Source: Hysterium pulicare CBS 123377
Lineage: Eukaryota
Assembly: GCA_000467715.1 (NCBI GenBank)
Contig: AJFK01000728.1
Location: forward strand, 62,001 to 92,195
DNA length: 30,195 nucleotides
Direction of reading: 5' to 3'
Below the pieces are notes generated by a model. That model saw only the letters and a list, made by a program, of their open reading frames with translations. It did no database searches and was not told the DNA's origin. How positions within the stretch are numbered: the first letter of the stretch is position 1; each line of letters begins with the position of its first letter. Below, piece by piece: positions 23,338 to 30,195 of the stretch. A program made the position numbers and the translations under genes.

Positions 23338-23894
23338 ATAGCCAACAGTTAAGATTCGGAGAGCATCATAACGGACTATGGTTTGGACGACTCGTATAAG
23401 CCTATGTATACTAGTAAGGTATGTACAAATCTCCTATTCACATTTCAATAATTGCTTACAAATATAATTAAGAAACTTAGTTACACAGATTAGTCCAAAC
23501 AACTGAACAAGAACGCGGACGGTCAAGTCTCTGCAAGACCTAGCTTAGCTGGGCTTGAAAATGTCGCATGAAACACTAGGGACAAGTCTCTAATCGAGAT
23601 CCGTACTCAAGTCAAGGAGCGCAGGGATCAAAACACCAACCTCATACTTGCATTGTAGAAGGAGAATAATAATTTAAAAAACTTGCTAGATAAACTCTTA
23701 AGAGATATAGCGATAAAAGCTTGAGAAATAGTCGCAGATTATTAACGGATTGTAACATTACTTGCAAATCCCTGGGTTAAGTGAGGCTATTCCCAACGGA
23801 GAACAGTCTTTCTAATGAGTCTAACAGGTGACAACGGTTAGCGGCAGCGGTAAGCAGAAGAAGCTTATATCCAACGAGCCTACGCAGGTGATTG
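23338..23894 (+). pseudogene. RIP-type inactivated paralog of the 'TDYG' coiled-coil gene
   Basis: ATA (possibly former ATG) 23338, exon to 23418 ending TDYGLDDSYKPMYTSK, phase-0 intron 23419-23472 (GTATGT..AAG), then one continuous frame with many TAA/TAG/TGA stops explicable as C-to-T changes. Confidence 0.6.
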
Positions 23895-23922
23895 ACAGCG
23901 CTGTGACAAGGTCCAACAATGG

Positions 23923-24666
23923 TTAGCTCTGCTCCGTCTTTACTACTAATGAACTTGTGGTGTTCTTCATTGTATTGTCGGCAGCTTCGGCAGTTTCACT
24001 GTCGGCCTTGACGTTTGCTAGGTCCTGTTTGAGTATGTGTTGCTCTTCATACAGAAGAGCTAGTTTTTTCTCAGCCTGTAGCTTCAGTTGCTGTGGATGC
24101 GGACCCTTTGAGTTGCTACGGTCTGAGCCAGGACCGTCGAGGAAGAAATGCCCGAGCCAGCCTATCTTTGCCGAGATGAAGGTCGCCTTGCCTCTTGATT
24201 AGGAAAGCAATTAAACGTGGAAGGGTGGCCGGACTATTGGTGCATACATTATAGTCCTCGATAAGCTCACCTGCGTCGTCAAGACCGTGGACCGCCACAG
24301 CAATATCTTTCAAATCCTGAGAGTCAGTCTTCCTGTATTGTACTTAAGGGATAGTGAAGACAGTGTCTCACTAAACTCGTCGGTGCCTTGAATTCCGACT
24401 CTGCCGTTGTTGGGGCATTTCGGCTCCGCGATAGTGTGTCCGGAAGATGAGGAGCTGCACGGCGGGTGTCCATTATTCTTCGTACGGCGAACTCCCTTGG
24501 CTTTACAAGTCCGGCAAGCACCTATTGATATGATAACTTCGGAATAACCGTAAGGATGACAACTTGGTTTAACACCGTGTACTAAGTCTCAATCAGCTTT
24601 GTGGGCTGGTAGTAATTCAGGTGGTGGGCGCGGACCCTCCAAGAACGACGGATAACGACTCCCCAT
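23923..24666 (-). pseudogene. Copy B (most complete) of the orphan microexon gene, with coiled-coil C-terminus
   Basis: Inferred exons 24666-24636, 24587-24568 (20 nt), 24521-24372, 24316-24248, 24186-23923. The last two introns are canonical; the first two have damaged sites (GAG acceptor, CCAAGT donor). An in-frame ATG at 24473 could still give a 144-aa product. Confidence 0.55.
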
Positions 24667-24785
24667 GTGCCCTAGTCTTTCGATCAACTAGAGTGAAGTT
24701 GAGTCTCAGTGCGTCACGTTCAATCGTGTCACCTCCGCCGCCATCAGTTCGAATATCATCAAATCGCTGTGGCTGGTTCTTGACA

Positions 24786-24827
24786 GGCGCATAGAGGCTG
24801 TATGGCAGGGTCTTGCCTCTATGCGCC
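24786..24827. repeat. Perfect 13-bp inverted repeat with 16-nt loop
   Basis: GGCGCATAGAGGC (24786-24798) and GCCTCTATGCGCC (24815-24827). Confidence 0.9.
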
Positions 24828-25893
24828 CATGGCTTACCTGTTCACAACTCCACTATGGAACCACTCTAGGATACACCTTGAAGTAATTGTTTTCCTAGGT
24901 TGTCTTGACAGCTAGAGTCCCGCAATATTGTTCAAAGACGACTCTGGAATGCTGGGTGCAGGTGGTAGTCATTGCTGACTCATGTTTCATTTGTAAGACG
25001 TGCGCACGGACGTACGGCCATGTTTCAGACACGCCATCCGTCCCTTTCTATCCCGTCTCGATTCACTCAACACCATCCATCAAGAAACTGCTGCGACTCG
25101 TCCTTTAGTTCGATCCATCACAAACATGACCCTACCATTCCATCTTGCGCGTCGCGCAAACTGGAGTACAACGGTTCGACCACCGTCCTCTCGATACCAG
25201 TACGGGATCCACGAAAGCGGCGACCATGAATCTTTGACGAGATAAATATCTGACGACCGGGTTTGACCACACTTTTCCATACCCAGGTATCCACCTCAGC
25301 CTTATCTCGCTTGGCTTGCATATTTGCGTGCTGTCAAAACATTCTCGGGATTCACTCCTTATCAACTTATCTCCGCAGTCCTGGTTCGATTTCAGCCACC
25401 GACATGTCGATGATGAATTGAGGCGATCGCGACCGCCATGATTCTTATCTTGTGGAGACTGCTCGATCTTTATCTCTTGCGTTCCCGAGCACGCTCCCAT
25501 ACTCTGCGGCGACGCCCTCCAAGTCAATGTCGAATTTGGTTTCACTGCATGCTCTTTGCTCATTGAGCTGCCCAACAGCGACAGATGCGCAGGTACGAAG
25601 GCGGAGACGAAACGCGTGGGGGAACCTTGGGGACGGCTGCTGGACTGTGGGCGTTTGCTGATGTAACGGCATGAGCCAATGAACGACCAGAGGCGTTGAT
25701 CGCCCCGCAATTGGTATCACCTTCCTTATCTTTCGATATCGTCGTCGGCAAACTCAGGCCAGATGTCCAGATATCCCCTAAGAATGCCTGGCCATCTGCG
25801 CCCTTATGACCACGGGCCTGGGACCTGGGTACGACTTGGCAGAGCAACCTCAACCGCCCTGCAAGACATCACATCCCCATCGCCATCGACACC

Positions 25894-27832
25894 ATGGCCA
25901 GCGACCGCCGTGGTTCAGTAGTCGTGGATGAAAACGCCCTCCATGTCACTTCAGTCTTCACCAAAAGAGGTGAGCATGCTGTCATCGACCATGCTGCCGA
26001 TGCCGACGAGGAGGTCCTCGTGGCATTGGGGTACAAGCAAGAGTTCAAACGGTACCTACCCTCTCGTTGCGCTCGTACACCCTCAACAAGCTCTACTAAC
26101 AACCTCACCAGCGACTTGACTTGGATCGAATCCTTCTCGGTATCGTTCTCAGTGCTCGGCTTGGTTCCGTCCATCGCCTCCACGCTATCGTACAACTTGG
26201 CATACTCAGGTCAGGCGGGATCAACATGGGGATGGATCGTCGCAGGTGTTTTAATCCAAAGTGTCGTCTTTGGTATGGCAGAGCTATGTTCTAGCATGCC
26301 TACTGCTGGCGGGCTCTACTACGCGGCAGCTGTTCTTGCGCCCGAAGGCTGGGGTCCATTTGCGTCTTGGGTGAGCACATTGATAACGTGATGGGTTGCG
26401 AGACCTTCAGCTGACGGCAAGCAGTGCGTTGGGTGGTCTAACTTCTTAGGCTTTGCTACTGGTCCTTGCTCTGTCAACTATGCGATGTCGGCGATGATTA
26501 TCGCTGCAGCTCAAATTGCCCACGAAGACTATGTTCCTGAAACATGGCACATCTACCTGGTATTCTTACTCATACTCGTTATCCAAGGCACCCTGACGAT
26601 GAACGCAACGAAATTCCTGGGACACCTGAATGTTGTGGGAACTGTGGTCAATCTGGTCGTCCTCATCATCTTCGTTGTTTGGCTCCCGGCTGCGAGTATC
26701 AATAAACCCAAGTTTAACGTCAACCAAACCGTCTGGGTCAATATGCAAAATGGTACTGAGTGGCCAATGGGCTGGTCATTTATCATGGGGTTTCTCTCGG
26801 TGATTTGGACGATGTCTGGTATGATTGATATTCCTACTCATAGTTTATCAACGCTCTAACCCATATTAGGCTACGATACCCCCTTCCATCTTAGTGAAGA
26901 GTGCTCCAATGCCAACATCGCCGGACCTCGAGCTATCGTTATGACTGGTCAACTTGGCCTTTACCTCGGTTTTGCTTGCATCCTGGTCATTGCCTACACG
27001 GTTAAGGATGTCACCGACGTAGTGGCCGGAGCCTATGGCCAGCCGATGGCCAGTCTCTGTGTCCAAGTCCTTGGCAAGAAATCTGGGCTCGCGATGTTCG
27101 CTCTTAACATCATTGCCCAATTTTTCGTTGGCCAAGGCTGCACCATTGCCTCCTCGCGAGTCATTTTTGCGTATTCCCGCGACGGCGCCCTTCCCGGCAG
27201 TCGATGGTGGAGTAAGGTGAACTCTCGGACGAAGACACCAGTGAATAGTGTCTGGTTTGTCCTCGCCATCGCTGCTCTGTTGGGGCTGCTGAGCTTCGCG
27301 AGTCCAGTGGCTATTGGCGCCGTCTTCAGTATTGGAGCGATTGGCCAGTACATCGCTTTCGTGACGCCACTTGGTTTGAAGTTGTTCTTTGCTGGGAAGA
27401 AGTTTCGGCCTGGTGAGTATATATCTGGCTAGTTTCGGCCAGTTCAAAGTGTCTGACCCTTAGATGCAGGTCCTTGGAATCTCGGACGATTTTCACAGCC
27501 TGTATCAGCTGTCGCTGTGGGCTGGCTACTTCTCATCATCCCGGCGCTATGTTTCCCCGCGGTGAAGGGGAAAGACCTGAGTGATCTTACCATGAATTAC
27601 ACATGTCTGATTTACGGTGGTACCGTAAGTCTTCCTCCGCTCCCCTTTACTACTACGGGATCGCTGACGAACTCAGATGTCGCTGGCTCTTATCTATTAT
27701 GCTGTTTCCGCCCGCAAGTGGTTCACAGGACCGCGCGTAAATGTCGAACACTTGATTCATGGTGTGCCTGCGGACGAGGAGGGTTCTACCGGCGGAAGTG
27801 TGGAGGCCATTCCGCAGAAGTCGGAGATCTGA
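25894..27832 (+). CDS. APC-superfamily amino acid/GABA/choline-type permease (Uga4/Hnm1-like)
   Basis: Exons 25894-26051, 26112-26370, 26425-26818, 26870-27412, 27470-27624, 27677-27832. Motifs LGYKQEFKR, SFSVLG, MAELCSSMPTAGGLY, GYDTPFHLSEECSNA, SRVIFAYSRDGALP, GPWNLG and ARKWFTGP. Confidence 0.95.
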
Positions 27833-29739
27833 AGCAGGAAAAGGTTGACGTATGAACTGACTAAAGCACGAGCAACAAGTATAGGCAAGGTCTTGCGTTT
27901 TGATTTGGCTGCAACAACCTCCTGACGCTGATACCTAGAGCTAATGCATTCAATTTTTTCCAATGTCACCCTTCGGCAAATGGTTCGAGGCTTCAGCCGT
28001 TAATTATGTCAACTAACCTTGCCATCGACATGCCAGACGATGAATGCATGGCAATTTTCGAGAGCAACTCATCGATCTCTCCCATTCGGTAGTTGAAACT
28101 GCCCATCCTTACAACAACCTTCATGCCACGGATCTGACTTTTCGACCCAACTAATACGTCAAAACCGTCCAGGATCACGCTTGTTAACGTAATGGAAATG
28201 CCAAAATCGATCAAAGGTTGGCTTTTTAAAGACAGTAATAAGGTAAAACCAACACCCAATACCCAATTAGTCGGCACCCCTTGCGCTAAAGAATTCCCCC
28301 TGCGGAAGGTTATTTGCACAGCGCGCATCAGATCACCTGTAACTCAGTCTCTGTTACACATGAACTTATTAAGCTCGAAAGAGAGCATTGAATGATCCGG
28401 TGGAATTCCAAAACGAGAATTACGACCGAGGAACGCTGTATCAACGAAGCTCCCACCACATGGCCGGTAAAATAGCAACAGAAAATGAGGCACATTTCTT
28501 ATTGATCGCTAGTGGCCATTTATTCCTCACAAGATGGAAGAGAGCTCCTTTAACGATTACCGATGACATCCGCAGGGCATGGACGGAATTCACCGGTCCT
28601 AACACGTTCCCTGAAGCAGAGCATCCTCTTTCATCGACGCAATCTTGCGGTAACCAGTCGGGATATTTGGAACGAACATGGTACCCCGCGATGGATCTCA
28701 TTGCGTGATCGCTCTCCAGCGGCAACCTCATTGCACTGAGAGATGTGTCTAGCCCCGATCACCCGTATACCCACGTTTTATCGTGCTACTTTGCTATTTT
28801 CATCTCCAGCCCGGCAAAGCTCGTAGCTTTGGAGCATTTGTCTTGCTCTATCTATCTATAGCGCTAATAAGCCGGCTGACGCGTGTATTCAGGTGTACTG
28901 CCTCCCAAACAAATCGCTCGATGGTGAGCCATGGGATGGGTGAATTGAAATCCTCGACAATTGCAGTTCAGCATACGCATTGCCCCGGAGTTTTTACCCC
29001 GCAAAATCCAAACCGGCTTGATGCACTCGACCCTTGGTTGGATCGGCCTTAGTGCCGGGAGGAAACGCTTAGGCTATAGCTATATTAATATTCCGATCTT
29101 ATAGGTGCCATTTTTCTTGGGGGATCCCTGGACCAGGAACTAAATACAACATGGCCCCTGCAGGGAACCACAGTATGGTCACGTGGTAAGTATCTAACAC
29201 CCCTCGGATTAATTAACTATCCGTTCCGGAAACTAGACAGCAACAACTCGTTCTCTTGAATTGACCCATCAACCCTTTCGCCATGCTAGTGTCATTCAAA
29301 TACATGCCTTTATCCCGCAGGGCTCCCCATACCATCTCCTCCTCTGCTTATTGCCATCAATCTATCAACGACCATTGTCCATCAACGCTCCTATACTCGT
29401 GCAACACTTAGTTAGCGACTTGATGTCATCGTCCTCTCAGTCGTATGACCTCTGGAATGAACCTCGAAAGACATCCTCGGTACACATGGGAGTGCTTCAC
29501 GCCAGGGAAGACTTTATCCTCTATCCTCAGGGAGAGTAGACTCCGCTTGAACTACAATTCATCAATACGCGATGCTGATCCCAGAAGTCACTTTACCCTA
29601 TCCTGAATCTTGACCCCGCTTTCTCCTGTCTATTCATTCAACGCTCAAGTATAAAGCTTGGCTGCTTGGCCGCTCAAACTCTCCTTCATCCAGCTCTGGA
29701 CTACCATCTAAGAGCCTTGGTCTCAATACTTTCTACAAC

Positions 29740-30195
29740 ATGGCTCCGGTCACGTCTAACTTCAATCTTTTTTCTCTCTCCGCCTCCCCGGCTTGCTCCG
29801 CCAACCCCAGCTTCCTTCCCGTTGCTGAAGCTGGATGCGGGTTCGCTGCCGGCAGCCATGCTCAAGCTGCTGTGAATAGCTGCTGTGCGTCCGCTAAATA
29901 TGGCACTTACAATGATGGTAAACATCCCTCAATCTTGAAAATCATTGATAGTTAATCGATGACATTTAGGTTGCTCCGTCTACTGCGGCGTCGCTGATAA
30001 CGGCAACAAAGATGACGTTATGGAGTACCTTCAGAAGTGTCTCGGCGATCACATGAATGGCAAGCAGCTCTATTGCGCCAATTCCAAGGGCGTCACTACT
30101 CGTGATGACGATGCTAATCCTCCACCTCCAAACGGTGGCGGACATCCAGGCGGAGGCGCTCCGAGCGGCGGTCGTCCTGGAGGTGGCGCTCCGGG
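29740..30195 (+). CDS. 8-Cys fungal protein with Gly/Pro-rich tail; 3' end lies outside the window
   Basis: Exon 29740-29917, intron 29918-29969 (GTAAAC..TAG), exon 29970 to window end, open. Pattern C..P...C..CC..Y.DGC..YC..L.KCL..YC followed by GGHPGGGAPSGGRPGGGAP. Confidence 0.75.

Noticed and set aside
27993..28731. Short ORFs downstream of the permease
   Set aside because: No motifs or splice model; may be decayed sequence.

Overview
Intron-rich filamentous ascomycete (Pezizomycotina-like) DNA that looks like an accessory region under decay. Apparently intact genes: the 3' end of a DUF7580-type protein, an intronless fungal hypothetical protein (1769-2368), a Ser/Thr-rich secreted cell-surface protein, a class I SAM methyltransferase, a secreted DUF8021-type protein, a six-exon APC-family (GABA/choline-like) permease and a Cys-rich protein running off the right end. 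Manual splicing gave three small genes the ORF track misses or truncates: a 113-aa secreted protein with 14 Cys (5127-5581, minus), a 131-aa hydrophilic repeat protein with STRE sites upstream (11811-12260), and a 70-aa microprotein starting MCGCFS (18499-18771). Much of the rest is pseudogenes, many with C-to-T/G-to-A nonsense changes consistent with RIP. These include a LysM + hevein (CBM18) gene with at least four lesions, pointing away from an orphaned Cys-rich C-terminal domain (possibly a dismantled chitinase/LysM toxin-delivery locus). Also present are three dispersed decayed copies of an orphan gene with a 20-nt microexon, two mirror-oriented 'TDYG' coiled-coil paralogs, and an exact 234-bp (78-codon) tandem repeat. 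No transposase, tRNA, rRNA or CRISPR array was recognised. All family names are recalled from motifs, not from database searches, and no novel system is proven.
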